A stretch of DNA of 64,000 bases from NCBI GenBank assembly GCA_963740315.1, contig CAVUDP010000002.1, forward strand, positions 3,520,001-3,584,000, written 5' to 3'. Source of the DNA: an uncultured cyanobacterium (GTDB lineage Bacteria; Cyanobacteriota; Cyanobacteriia; Cyanobacteriales; Nostocaceae). The position numbers and the translations under genes were made by a program. Positions 38,484 to 48,992 of this stretch are shown here, in pieces. The notes beneath the pieces were generated by a model. The model had not been told where the DNA came from. It did not search any database and was given only the letters and a program-made list of their open reading frames with translations. Position 1 is the stretch's first letter. Every line of letters starts with the position of its first letter.

Positions 38484-41400
38484 TCAAAAAACAAAACTGT
38501 TGTCAGCGTTAGCCGATAGGTTTTCGACTGTTACCCCTTGCATGACAATCAAAGTAAATGGAGTGAAGCAGCTACGATCGCCATTTACATCGATTTGCAC
38601 AAGAGCATCCCCTTGGCTGTTGGAACCAAAGCTGACGTAACCATCGCCAATTGCATCGGAACCTTTGTAATTTAGCCTCGACAGTAGTTGTGTCAGAACA
38701 ATTTTGTCGCTACCAACTTCAAAATCGGTAATGATATCTGCCCGATCGCGCGTGGAAGTATAAATAAATTGGTCATCACCACCGCCTCCGGTGAGCATAT
38801 CGGAACCTCGCGAACCTGTAATCAGATTATCGCCGCTGTTACCTGTAATAACATCGCGCCCTGATGTACCAAGGATCGAGCGAGGATTAACTGTTACCGA
38901 AACTGTTGCGTTATCTGTTGCGTTTCCATCGCTGAGGGTATATTCAAAACTCGCCGCACCGTTGAAATCAGCATCGGGGGTGAATACTACATTATTATTG
39001 ATGTTGACAACGCTACCGTTAATCGCATTACTAACGCTCGCAATTGAAAGAGTATTATTTTCAGCATCGCGATCGTTATCTAATAGTTGTGCAACCGTAA
39101 TATTTACTGCTTGGTTTTCCTCTGCGGTTACTGTATCGTTGACTGCAACAGGTGCATCGTTAACTGGATTAACCGTAATATCGAAATCTGAACCAATGCT
39201 GCCACCCGCACCATCTGTTACCTCAAATTTAAAGCTGTCAGAAATGGTTTCGCTACCGTTGTGGTTGTAGATGAGACGGTTGTTGTTAATATCAGCTTGG
39301 GTAAAGGTGTTGTTGAGAGCTAAATTATTTCCGTTAAGCAACAAATTACCGTTGTCTGTGGTGTCGGTGAGTTTATAAGTAATTTCAGAAGCAGTGTTAT
39401 CTGTATCTGTCACCTGTAGCTGAGTTGAGGTGATATTACCCGTTGCATCTTCGTCTACCGTTAAGCCGTTGTTGTTAGCTAGTACGGGGTTTTGATTAAT
39501 TCCGTTGATAGTAACCGTAACTGTAGCAGTATCTGTTAAACCATTGCCGTCGTTGATAGTGTAGGTAAAGCGATCGGTTGCAGTCTCACCTGGATTCAAA
39601 GATTCAAATTGTCCGTTGGGATTGTAAATGATATTGTCACCGTTGATAGTAGCGCTACCTATGGGGGAACCAGCAATTCCTATAATGTTTAGAGTATTGC
39701 CTTCAGAATCGGTGTCGTTTGCGAGTACGTTTACAGTAACGCTGTTTTCTTCTAAGGTTGTTGCAGTATCATCATTGGCAACAGGTGCATCGTTAACTGG
39801 ATTAACCGTAATATCGAAATCTGAACCAATGCTGCCACCCGCACCATCTGTTACCTCAAATTTAAAGCTGTCAGAAATGGTTTCGCTACCGTTGTGGTTG
39901 TAGATGAGACGGTTGTTGTTAATATCAGCTTGGGTAAAGGTGTTGTTGAGAGCTAAATTATTTCCGTTAAGCAACAAATTACCGTTGTCTGTGGTATCGG
40001 TAAGTTTGTAAGTAATTTCAGAAGCAGTGTTATCTGTATCTGTCACCTGTAACTGAGTTGAGGTGATATTACCCGTTGCATCTTCGTCTACCGTTAAGCC
40101 GTTGTTGTTAGCTAGTACGGGGTTTTGATTAATTCCGTTGATAGTAACGGTAACTGTAGCAGTATCTGTTAAACCATTGCCGTCGTTGATAGTGTAGGTA
40201 AAGCGATCGGTTGCAGTCTCACCTGGATTCAAAGATTCAAATTGTCCGTTGGGATTGTAAATGATATTGTCACCGTTGATAGTAGCGCTACCTATGGGGG
40301 AACCAGCAATTCCTGTAATGTTTAGAGTATTGCCTTCAGAATCGGTGTCGTTTGCGAGTACGTTTAGAGTAACGCTGTTTTCTTCTAAGGTTGTTGCAGT
40401 ATCATCATTGGCAACAGGTGCATCATTAACTGGATTAACTGTAATACCAAAGGTTTGGGAGTTAATACTACCACCCGCACCATCTGTTACCTCAAATTTA
40501 AAGCTGTCAGAAATGGTTTCGCTACCGTTGTGATTGTAGATGAGACGGTTGTTGTTAATATCAGCTTGGGTAAAGGTGTTGTTGAGAGCTAAATTATTTC
40601 CGTTAAGCAACAAATTACCGTTGTCTGTGGTGTCGGTGAGTTTATAAGTAATTTCAGAAGCAGTGTTATCTGTATCTGTCACCTGTAGCTGAGTTGAGGT
40701 GATATTACCCGTTGCATCTTCGTCTACCGTTAAGCCGTTGTTGTTAGCTAGTACGGGGTTTTGATTAAATGTTTCTGTGGCGAGTATAGTTGCAGCTTGT
40801 ACACCCAGCAGTAAAGCTAATTGTTCGCCATTATCATCACTGATAATCCAGCTATCATTGGCATTGTTACCAGTGCCTTGCATAACACTCAGTTGCTCAA
40901 AGCTTAAACCTCCAGATAATCTCAGCGAATCTTGATTAACTGAAAAATCGGTAATAGTATCAGTTCCTTCACCAAGGGTTAAAACAAATGTGTCTCTACC
41001 TATTCCCCCGGTAAGAGTGTCTTCTCCCTGATTACCAATAATCACGTCATCGCCAGCGCCACCTTCAATAATATTGTTATTCGCATTACCTGTAAGTCGA
41101 TCGTTATAAGCTGTACCTACAATATTGTTGATATTGATTAGAGTATCCTGGCTGCTTTTAATCCAGTCATACCAGCTATTCGCAATCTTTTCGTAACCTT
41201 GCAATGAAGGATGAACTCCATCAAAAATATCATCTACGGTTAACGCTTTATTCACATCAACAAAAGTTACCTTTTTGCCTAGTGCTATTTTTTCCTCAAC
41301 AATGCCAGGTATTTGAGCGTTGTAAATCTTAGCATTATCGCTTTGAGTTTGTCTTAGAGATGGATCTAACGGCGGAATTGAAGCTACTAAAACATGAGTT

Positions 41401-41948
41401 GTTGGGGATTGGTTGGTAATTTTATCTAGTAAAGCACTCAAGCGATCGTCAGCCCCCGAAGGATTGGTATCGCTTTTCGTATCGTTAGTACCAATCATCA
41501 GCAGCAACATATCTGGCTGCCGTGTGTTTAACCAACCAGTAATATTGTCAGAGATAAACTGAATACGTTTACCACTATACCCTTCGTGTTCGTTATCCTC
41601 AAAAGCACCAGTTTTTTGCGAGCCGACAAAATCTACAGCTTCACCAAAACCATCAGCAATCAATTTTTGATTTAAGAAATTTCGATAGCCACCACTATCG
41701 TTGTTTTTAGGCTTATCCGCAATTTCAGTATTTGTGAAACCATATGTAATCGAGTCGCCAACAGGTAAAATCTTAAAGGGGTTTTGAATTGATGGCGTAA
41801 ATTCACGAGTAACAATTCCCGTACTCAAATCAGCAATAATACCGTCAGTTGCTTGAACGTAATTAACGGCATTAAACTGAGCGTCACCAGAGAACATTTG
41901 ATTTGCAGCGCCACCAATGAAAGAGTTATCTTTAGAAATATTACTCAT
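38484..41948 (-). CDS. Secreted SGNH/GDSL hydrolase with cadherin-like/Ig-like repeats and RTX Ca-binding C-terminus
   Basis: GDSIT, GTND, DGVHP; GGAGDD/GGGGDD nonapeptides; VNDAPVANDD repeats; DIITDFEVGSDKI type I secretion-like tail. Confidence 0.88.
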   Translation of the reverse strand: MSNISKDNSFIGGAANQMFSGDAQFNAVNYVQATDGIIADLSTGIVTREFTPSIQNPFKILPVGDSITYGFTNTEIADKPKNNDSGGYRNFLNQKLIADGFGEAVDFVGSQKTGAFEDNEHEGYSGKRIQFISDNITGWLNTRQPDMLLLMIGTNDTKSDTNPSGADDRLSALLDKITNQSPTTHVLVASIPPLDPSLRQTQSDNAKIYNAQIPGIVEEKIALGKKVTFVDVNKALTVDDIFDGVHPSLQGYEKIANSWYDWIKSSQDTLININNIVGTAYNDRLTGNANNNIIEGGAGDDVIIGNQGEDTLTGGIGRDTFVLTLGEGTDTITDFSVNQDSLRLSGGLSFEQLSVMQGTGNNANDSWIISDDNGEQLALLLGVQAATILATETFNQNPVLANNNGLTVDEDATGNITSTQLQVTDTDNTASEITYKLTDTTDNGNLLLNGNNLALNNTFTQADINNNRLIYNHNGSETISDSFKFEVTDGAGGSINSQTFGITVNPVNDAPVANDDTATTLEENSVTLNVLANDTDSEGNTLNITGIAGSPIGSATINGDNIIYNPNGQFESLNPGETATDRFTYTINDGNGLTDTATVTVTINGINQNPVLANNNGLTVDEDATGNITSTQLQVTDTDNTASEITYKLTDTTDNGNLLLNGNNLALNNTFTQADINNNRLIYNHNGSETISDSFKFEVTDGAGGSIGSDFDITVNPVNDAPVANDDTATTLEENSVTVNVLANDTDSEGNTLNIIGIAGSPIGSATINGDNIIYNPNGQFESLNPGETATDRFTYTINDGNGLTDTATVTVTINGINQNPVLANNNGLTVDEDATGNITSTQLQVTDTDNTASEITYKLTDTTDNGNLLLNGNNLALNNTFTQADINNNRLIYNHNGSETISDSFKFEVTDGAGGSIGSDFDITVNPVNDAPVAVNDTVTAEENQAVNITVAQLLDNDRDAENNTLSIASVSNAINGSVVNINNNVVFTPDADFNGAASFEYTLSDGNATDNATVSVTVNPRSILGTSGRDVITGNSGDNLITGSRGSDMLTGGGGDDQFIYTSTRDRADIITDFEVGSDKIVLTQLLSRLNYKGSDAIGDGYVSFGSNSQGDALVQIDVNGDRSCFTPFTLIVMQGVTVENLSANADNSFVF
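39145..40769. repeat. About 2.5 near-identical intragenic repeats of 633-636 bp
   Basis: AGTACGGGGTTTTGATTAA at 39481, 40114 and 40750. Confidence 0.95.
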
Positions 41949-42376
41949 AGTTACTCTTCAAGTATAAAAACACAATTAATTTATAGACTTTAATTAGATG
42001 CTAATAGTAGAGAATTGCTTTGAAACAGTCCTCTTAATCATAATTAGATACTAATCATAGTAAGTATTTTTTTTAAAGTAATAAATATACGAAAAGCACT
42101 AATTTATTAAATCTTTAATTACTTATCAAAAATATGTGAATTAATACCGACAAACCAAAAGCTTGCTATTATTGTTTTAATAAAAATATTTATTGAAACA
42201 TTTTTTCAAGTTAAAGTTTTAAATTGAATTTGCTATTAATAAATAAAAGTAAGTCAGTTATTGAAAATTGATAAAATTCAAGCAAAAATACTTGCAGCAA
42301 CAAATGCTTGAGGTGTTGATAAAAAAGATTACCCTTTTTGCGCGACAATAGAATTTAGCTCAAATTCATCTCTGGC

Positions 42377-43555
42377 ATGACGCTAATCTCTCGTATGGAG
42401 GCGGTACAATCGCCTATAATCCCTGTCGTTGGAGAATTAATCAAAAACTCTCCTGGAACTATATCTTTAGGACAAGGTGTTGTCTCTTATTCTCCACCAC
42501 AGTCAGCTATTGAATTTTTACCGCAATTCCTTGCCGAATCTTCAAATAATTTATATCAAGCTGTTGAGGGAATTCCCCCATTAATAAATACCCTAAAAGA
42601 AAAATTAGCAGCCTTTAACAATATCAAAATCAACGAAAATAACCGTATTATCGTTACCGCAGGAAGCAACATGGCGTTTATGAATGCCATTCTTGCAATT
42701 ACTTCCCTTGGCGATGAAGTGATTTTAAATACGCCATATTATTTCAATCACGAAATGGCGATCGCCATGACTGGGTGTCATCCAGTTTTGGTGGAAACCG
42801 ATGAAAATTATCAGCTACAACCGGATGCTATTCTTCAAGCAATTACCTCCAAAACGCGGGCAATTGTGACAATTTCACCCAACAATCCTACCGGAGCGGT
42901 TTATTCGCGAGGGTTATTACAGGAAGTTAACGATATTTGTCGGCAGCGAGGCATTTACCATATCAGCGATGAAGCTTACGAATATTTTACTTACGACGGT
43001 GTAAAACACGTTTCACCGGGTTCCTTTCCTGACAGCAGCGATTATACAATATCCTTATTTAGCCTTTCCAAAGCCTACGGTTTTGCAAGCTGGCGCATCG
43101 GATATATGGTGATTCCGCAACATCTACTTGCAGCAGTAAAAAAAGTTCAAGATACAAACTTAATTTGTCCACCTGTAATATCTCAATATGCAGCCAATGG
43201 TGCATTGCAAGCAAAACCAGAATATTTAAAAGATAATATCAGCGCGATCGCCGAAGTACGAAAAATAGTAGTTGAATCTCTCAAGCGTCTTGAAGATGTG
43301 TGTGCGATCGCTCCTGCAAATGGCGCTTTTTACTTTTTCTTAAAAGTACGCACTCAAATGGATGCTTTTGAATTAGTCAAACAACTGATCGACAAATATC
43401 AGGTAGCAGTACTTCCGGGAACTACCTTTGGAATGAATCAAGGTTGTTATTTACGTGTTGCTTACGGTGCGTTGCAAAAAGCAACCGCGAAACAAGGAAT
43501 TGAAAGATTGGTTTCGGGATTGAGAGATATAGTTAGGGCTGAAACATTGCAATAG
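42377..43555 (+). CDS. PLP-dependent aminotransferase class I/II
   Basis: SPNNPTG, SDEAYE, SLSKAYGFASWRIG. Confidence 0.93.
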   Translation: MTLISRMEAVQSPIIPVVGELIKNSPGTISLGQGVVSYSPPQSAIEFLPQFLAESSNNLYQAVEGIPPLINTLKEKLAAFNNIKINENNRIIVTAGSNMAFMNAILAITSLGDEVILNTPYYFNHEMAIAMTGCHPVLVETDENYQLQPDAILQAITSKTRAIVTISPNNPTGAVYSRGLLQEVNDICRQRGIYHISDEAYEYFTYDGVKHVSPGSFPDSSDYTISLFSLSKAYGFASWRIGYMVIPQHLLAAVKKVQDTNLICPPVISQYAANGALQAKPEYLKDNISAIAEVRKIVVESLKRLEDVCAIAPANGAFYFFLKVRTQMDAFELVKQLIDKYQVAVLPGTTFGMNQGCYLRVAYGALQKATAKQGIERLVSGLRDIVRAETLQ

Positions 43556-43643
43556 TTAGAATTGCATCATTATTAATGCGTTATTAATGCGTTAAACTTA
43601 TAGACAATAATTAGGAAAATTTTACAATCTATAACTTTAAGCT

Positions 43644-43868
43644 ATGAGCTACCGAGACATTATTACTATTGAACCGGGCAAGCGTAGTGGCAAACCTTGT
43701 ATTAGGGGAATGAGGATAACGGTTTACGACGTTTTAGAGTATCTTGCAGCAGGAATGTCTCATCAGGAAATACTTGAAGATTTTCCGTATTTAAACGAAG
43801 ATGACATTCGCGCTTGCCTTAGTTACGCTGCTGACCGAGAAAAAGCATCGTTAGTTGTAAAAGCATGA
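43644..43868 (+). CDS. DUF433 antitoxin-like protein
   Basis: GKPCIRGMRITVYDVLEYLAAGMSHQEILEDFPYL. Confidence 0.92.
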   Translation: MSYRDIITIEPGKRSGKPCIRGMRITVYDVLEYLAAGMSHQEILEDFPYLNEDDIRACLSYAADREKASLVVKA

Positions 43869-44197
43869 AATTGCTTTTCGATCATAATTTGTCCCCAAGC
43901 CTGGTTACTCGTCTGCGTGACCTTTATCCGGATTCAAATCATGTTTACCGTTTGGGGCTTGCTCAGTTTTCAGATACTGAAATTTGGGAATATGCGAAAA
44001 CAGAATTTTTCTTAATTGTCACAAAGGATGCCGACTTCAGTGATTTATCTCTGTTGCGTGGCTTTCCACCCAAAATCGTTTGGATTCGTCGAGGAAACTG
44101 CAAAACAGCAGATATTGAGACTATTTTGCGAAATCATTACGATGATATTGAGGAGTTAAATACCAGTGAAATGGTAGGTTTTCTGACATTGTTTTAA
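43865..44197 (+). CDS. DUF5615 PIN-like toxin
   Basis: MKLLFDHNLS, DTEIWEYA, IVTKDADF; ATGA overlap with the DUF433 gene. Confidence 0.9.
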   Translation: MKLLFDHNLSPSLVTRLRDLYPDSNHVYRLGLAQFSDTEIWEYAKTEFFLIVTKDADFSDLSLLRGFPPKIVWIRRGNCKTADIETILRNHYDDIEELNTSEMVGFLTLF

Positions 44198-44331
44198 AGT
44201 TTGGAAGCCAGACACAAGAAGTCTTCTAGGTCGTTTCCATGCTGGTAATTATCGACCTCAATCAGCCGAAAGTGTCATTGCAGAATTACGCCAGTCTTTA
44301 AACTTAGGCTAAACCTGTAGAGGCAAATATA

Positions 44332-45039
44332 GTGTCAGTAATTGTTGATGCAATCAAACGAATAGCAGTCATCGCAAAACAGAGAAATTTTGTAAATCTA
44401 CCTGGGGACTTTGTGTCTAGTCATCCTCCATATCCTACTTACAAAAGTGTGATGCCCGCAGAGCTAAGCCTGGAGAATTCCAAATTAATTGATGAATTTT
44501 TTGATGGTTATCAACCACGCTTAACTTTGAAACAAATTGAAGAAATTGTTGAGCCATATCTTTTCAAATTACCTCAAGAAATTTACGATTTATATCAGAT
44601 TGGCAATGGTTGTTTGCCGATTGGTATTTCAGAGGAAGAGGATTGGAATTCCATTTATAATTACTTCAATTTCTTTAGCTTGGAAAATAAACTTTGGACT
44701 CTAGAGAATGCCATTAGTGCTTATTGCGATCTTCTGATTGACCGAAATCCTCGATTGTTACCTATCTGCGCTTATGAAGATGAATCAGTATTATGTGTGA
44801 TGGGAAGTAGCGAACCGCAGGAGACATCACCACTGGTCTGGACTTATTATGATAGCGGTTTAGATGATGACCCTTGTAACATGGAGATAGTTTGGTCGAA
44901 TCTGTCAAATATGATGCTTGCTTATGCTGAACTTTATGAAGCTTTATATCTAGGAAGCCTGACAGAAACGACAAAAGAAATAATTTATCAGAAATACAGT
45001 AGCGGTAGTGATTGGGGATTTTATAAATTTCCGTGCTGA
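44332..45039 (+). CDS. SMI1/KNR4 (SUKH)-like protein
   Basis: LTLKQIEE...FKLPQEIYDLYQIGNG, LLPI, SNLSNMM. Confidence 0.7.
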   Translation: MSVIVDAIKRIAVIAKQRNFVNLPGDFVSSHPPYPTYKSVMPAELSLENSKLIDEFFDGYQPRLTLKQIEEIVEPYLFKLPQEIYDLYQIGNGCLPIGISEEEDWNSIYNYFNFFSLENKLWTLENAISAYCDLLIDRNPRLLPICAYEDESVLCVMGSSEPQETSPLVWTYYDSGLDDDPCNMEIVWSNLSNMMLAYAELYEALYLGSLTETTKEIIYQKYSSGSDWGFYKFPC

Positions 45040-45145
45040 TGTCTGGTTACTATTTCACTGCATACTGAGCGATTTGGCTTTTATAGTAGTTTTTATTGCC
45101 TAATGCCCCATCCCCAATTATCAATTACCAATTACCAATTACCAA

Positions 45146-45817
45146 TTACCAATCTAATTTTTCAAACTCTGGTTGCCCATAAATCATGTTTTCATCGATC
45201 GCGGAAAGGACTTTATTGTTAGTTTTTTCGGAATTTAAACTGCGACAAACTAATTGCGCTACATCTGCACGATGAATTGTACCAGCAATCTTGGGGTCTT
45301 CAGTTAATATTCCGTTTCCGGTAGCTGGTTCGGATTTTAATCCACCGGGACGAATTACTGTATAAGTTAATCCGCTATTTATTAAGTATTGTTCGGCTTT
45401 ATCTTTTTCTATTAAAACGGGCTTGAGTGTTTCTAGCGCTTGAGGAGGTATAGCATTTGCACTGTTTCCACTACCTATAGAAGAAACTAAAATAAACCTT
45501 TTTACACCTGCTTTGACTGCGGCATCAATGAGATTTTTATTGCCTAAATAATCAGCCCTTTCGCTGTCTTTGGGTACGCCTCCAATAGTGCTGATAACTG
45601 TATCAATGGGTTCTTCTCCCAAAATTGCCTTTTCAAGATCGTTTACATTTAAGGCATCTCCTATAACGACTTTGATACCCATTGCTGACAATTCCTGGCG
45701 TTTCTCTTCGCTTCTAAAAAACGCCTTGATTTTTAAATCTCGTGCAGTTAAACAATTGGCAATTTCTCTACCAACACCGCTACTTGCTCCAGCCAAAAAA
45801 ATATAACTAGCGATCAT
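45146..45817 (-). CDS. NAD(P)H-binding atypical SDR oxidoreductase
   Basis: GASSGVG, NLIDAA, YTVIRPGGL, IHRADVA. Confidence 0.9.
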   Translation of the reverse strand: MIASYIFLAGASSGVGREIANCLTARDLKIKAFFRSEEKRQELSAMGIKVVIGDALNVNDLEKAILGEEPIDTVISTIGGVPKDSERADYLGNKNLIDAAVKAGVKRFILVSSIGSGNSANAIPPQALETLKPVLIEKDKAEQYLINSGLTYTVIRPGGLKSEPATGNGILTEDPKIAGTIHRADVAQLVCRSLNSEKTNNKVLSAIDENMIYGQPEFEKLDW

Positions 45818-46147
45818 AGATATTTTACCTAGTAGATGTTATTTAACATATCAACTATATCTTTTTTTCGGTTTATCTCAACTATCTAAAGTTGAAAATT
45901 TATAGTAGTTGCGAATTATTTTGGAAAATTCGACGAACCTGGTTTCTTTTGATAAATGGGGTTTCTAAACAGTTTTGCAAATCTTTTCAAATTTAAACAA
46001 ATTTAAACAAATTTAAAATCTATTCCTTAAAGATAAAAAAAATATGACTCCCGAAAGAGCAAACCTAAGTATAAATCGGGATAAATTTGTATCTAGTTCG
46101 ATATATGTGATTATCAGCGTTTTAAAAGCAAGACAGAGGGAAAATAT

Positions 46148-46441
46148 ATGAATAACGAACAAAAACAAGGTTTACCAGAAGATCCAGCTTTAGCGGAACC
46201 AGGAAAAGGTGCCCCAGGAAATAATCATAGTGCGGTACAGACAGCGCAAACAACCGATGTAAATCCACCTGATGCAATAATTCCATCTAACGCCCCTACG
46301 GAAGAGAGCAAGCAAGAAGTTGAAGCTCTAAAAGAGCAAGAAGAAGGAACAATGGATACTACCGATGGTTACATAATCGATGAAGCGGGTAAACTCGATA
46401 ACTTTGCGGTTGAGCCAAAAATGTATGTAGAAGATAAATAG
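46148..46441 (+). CDS. Acidic hypothetical protein with a Psb34-like motif at the C-terminus
   Basis: GAGGG RBS; YIIDEAGKLDNFAVEPKMY. Confidence 0.7.
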   Translation: MNNEQKQGLPEDPALAEPGKGAPGNNHSAVQTAQTTDVNPPDAIIPSNAPTEESKQEVEALKEQEEGTMDTTDGYIIDEAGKLDNFAVEPKMYVEDK

Positions 46442-46605
46442 TCTTGAAAATCAAAGCCATATTTTTGTACGGCTTTTTGAAATCCAATGTAATATCTTTT
46501 GTAGAGACGTGAAATTATGCCTTCGACACATGAAGGCGATCGCGTCTCTATATTTTTGGCATTTATTTTTGGCATCGCTTTTCTAAAAATTTATTAATAA
46601 AACTT

Positions 46606-46884
46606 ATGGATTTACAAGAAACGGAGGAAAAAAGCCAGAAAACTGGGAGAGTAGCCGCTACATCGGTAATTTGGGGAGTTAGCGCCGGAATGTTAGCGAT
46701 TTGTATCCCGCTGGTAATTGTGACAAAAACTGGTGCAATTTTACCTTTGGCTACGATTATAGGGGCAGCAGTTGCCACTTTTGCCGTATGGCGTGGAGAA
46801 AACAAGAATTCTCAAGTAAAACAGTTAGAAGAGAGAATCGCCTTTTTGGAAATCGCAACTACAGAGGATTCAGATAAAAGCTAG
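46606..46884 (+). CDS. Small hypothetical membrane protein
   Basis: Two TM helices plus a KQLEERIAFLE coiled coil. Confidence 0.7.
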   Translation: MDLQETEEKSQKTGRVAATSVIWGVSAGMLAICIPLVIVTKTGAILPLATIIGAAVATFAVWRGENKNSQVKQLEERIAFLEIATTEDSDKS

Positions 46885-47180
46885 AAATAATCAAAAAAAA
46901 CTACACAAACTCTAAAGTTTCGCTATAATTTATTTCCACTATAAAAAAACCATCTTAAATCTGATTCATAAAAAAAGTACTCTGCTTAGGCTGCGTATAA
47001 TATGCATTATTATGCTACCGTAACTTTTAGACTACTGATTTAATTAGATTACCTGTATTACAGAAAAACTAAATTATTTTTACTTATGCTTTTTTTGATG
47101 GATGTTAATATTGACTTGATTAACGAGCAATAATTGCCTTGGTTTAAATTAATTTAACTATTCAAGATTGCGTTCAAGGT

Positions 47181-48935
47181 ATGGATTTAAACTCTATCAG
47201 CTTACTCAAAGCTCAACAAGCCGATTTTCTTGAGCGAATCAAAAAACCAAAGACTTATGACATCACTTTGCTCGAAAGTAATTTAAAAGGCTGTCATAGA
47301 GAATTTATGGCATTTTGGGGTGAAACATTGGAGCTACTCCTTGAAAATGCTCGCTTACAATCAGAAATTCTAGCTCTGAATCCGCCAGTAGTACCATCTG
47401 AATATCCTGACAATTCGGATTGGGTTATACCTTTTGAAACTTACTTTCAACATCAAGCTGAAGATTATTTGTTACGAGAATTAATTGCCCAAGAGGTAAT
47501 GAAAGGCTGTCTTGGTAAATTAGTCAAAAAGATACCCCAAGATCCTTTAGAAAATATAGATTTAGATGATGAAGGAAATCTACGAGGTGAAAGTAAATTT
47601 TCTTTTTTACTTGCAGGTAATCCCGAAGTAAAAATTCGAGTTTGCATTGCCGATTCCGAAAGTTTTAATAGTATAAAAAAAGATAAAGTACGTTGGACAA
47701 TTACTCAAGAAGATATAAATAATTACCAAATTATATTTTGTTTATGCTTATTTTATCCCGGTTCCGGACAAAGAGGATATGAAAAAGAAGCTTTAATTAG
47801 CGGCTTTTTACCAACTAATCAAATTGAATTTAACGGTTTACATACTCATGTAAAGCCAAGTAAATTACTGTATGCGGGAGGATTAGCTTGGTATTTAAAT
47901 CTACTTAAAAATAGACAAAGCCTGTTGAAGGAAGTTGATGATATTCAAAATAAAATAACTCCATCTCTTTCGCCAAGCCATCCCTTACAAAACATAATTG
48001 GTGAATGGGAATGTTCGCATACTTTAGTCGGACATATTAATGGGATTAACTGTATTGCTTTAATATCAAAAAACAAAAGTGATTCGCAATCTTTAATAGC
48101 CAGTGGAAGTCGAGGAGAAATAAAGCTTTGGGATTTAAACAAGGGTGACTTAATTACGACTTTATCAGAATACCCTTGGGTTCGTACCGAGATTGTCAAT
48201 GAAGTCAATTATTTAGCCTTTAGTCCCGATGGACAAACTTTAGCAAGTGGTGGGGCTGATTCTACTATTAAAATGTGGCATTTAGGCGCGAAAGACTTAA
48301 TTGATATCATGCATAAACATAACGGCATGGTGCGCTGCGTTGCCTTTACGCCGGATGGTAGGATGTTAGCTACAGGTGGTGACGATCGCAAAATTCAGTT
48401 TTGGGATATGATTGAGCGTCAAGTTTCTATGACGCTTTCTTTAGATGATACTGCGGCTCATTCCCTAATTTTTAGTAAAGATGGAAAAACTTTAATAACG
48501 GGAAGTTATCGCAAAATAAAAGTATGGCGCATTTCCAATAAACAAATACCTTGTATTGATACAAAATTAGAACTTTTTGTTACAGGTCATTCTCACATAG
48601 TTTCTTCCTTGGCGCTTAGTAAAGATGGGAAAATTCTTGTGAGTGCGAGTCGGGATAAAACAATTAAAATTTGGCATTTAAAAACAGGAGAATTGCTTCG
48701 TACTCTCAAAGGGCATGAAGATGGAGTATATGCAGTCGCGCTGAGTAAAGATGAGCAAATTATTGCTAGTGGAAGTGCCGATAAAACGATTAAATTATGG
48801 CATTTGGAAACGGGAGAATTATTAACTACTTTTATAGGTCATAGTAACACCGTAACTGCGGTAGCTTTTGCCGATAAAAGTACTTTGGTGAGTGGAAGTT
48901 TGGATAAAACAGTTAAAATTTGGCAGAGAAGTTAA
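47181..48935 (+). CDS. WD40 repeat protein with uncharacterised N-terminal domain
   Basis: Repeated GH...SGS.D.TIK.W units in the C-terminal half. Confidence 0.9.
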   Translation: MDLNSISLLKAQQADFLERIKKPKTYDITLLESNLKGCHREFMAFWGETLELLLENARLQSEILALNPPVVPSEYPDNSDWVIPFETYFQHQAEDYLLRELIAQEVMKGCLGKLVKKIPQDPLENIDLDDEGNLRGESKFSFLLAGNPEVKIRVCIADSESFNSIKKDKVRWTITQEDINNYQIIFCLCLFYPGSGQRGYEKEALISGFLPTNQIEFNGLHTHVKPSKLLYAGGLAWYLNLLKNRQSLLKEVDDIQNKITPSLSPSHPLQNIIGEWECSHTLVGHINGINCIALISKNKSDSQSLIASGSRGEIKLWDLNKGDLITTLSEYPWVRTEIVNEVNYLAFSPDGQTLASGGADSTIKMWHLGAKDLIDIMHKHNGMVRCVAFTPDGRMLATGGDDRKIQFWDMIERQVSMTLSLDDTAAHSLIFSKDGKTLITGSYRKIKVWRISNKQIPCIDTKLELFVTGHSHIVSSLALSKDGKILVSASRDKTIKIWHLKTGELLRTLKGHEDGVYAVALSKDEQIIASGSADKTIKLWHLETGELLTTFIGHSNTVTAVAFADKSTLVSGSLDKTVKIWQRS

Positions 48936-48992
48936 GGTTTGTAGTCAGGGCTTTAGCCCTTATTATCGAGGACTAAAGTCCTTACTACAAAC
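48936..48992. repeat. Solo REP-like doublet of the same family as the 13969-14560 array
   Basis: GGTTTGTAGTCAGGGCTTTAGCCCT...AGGACTAAAGTCCTTACTACAAAC. Confidence 0.8.
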
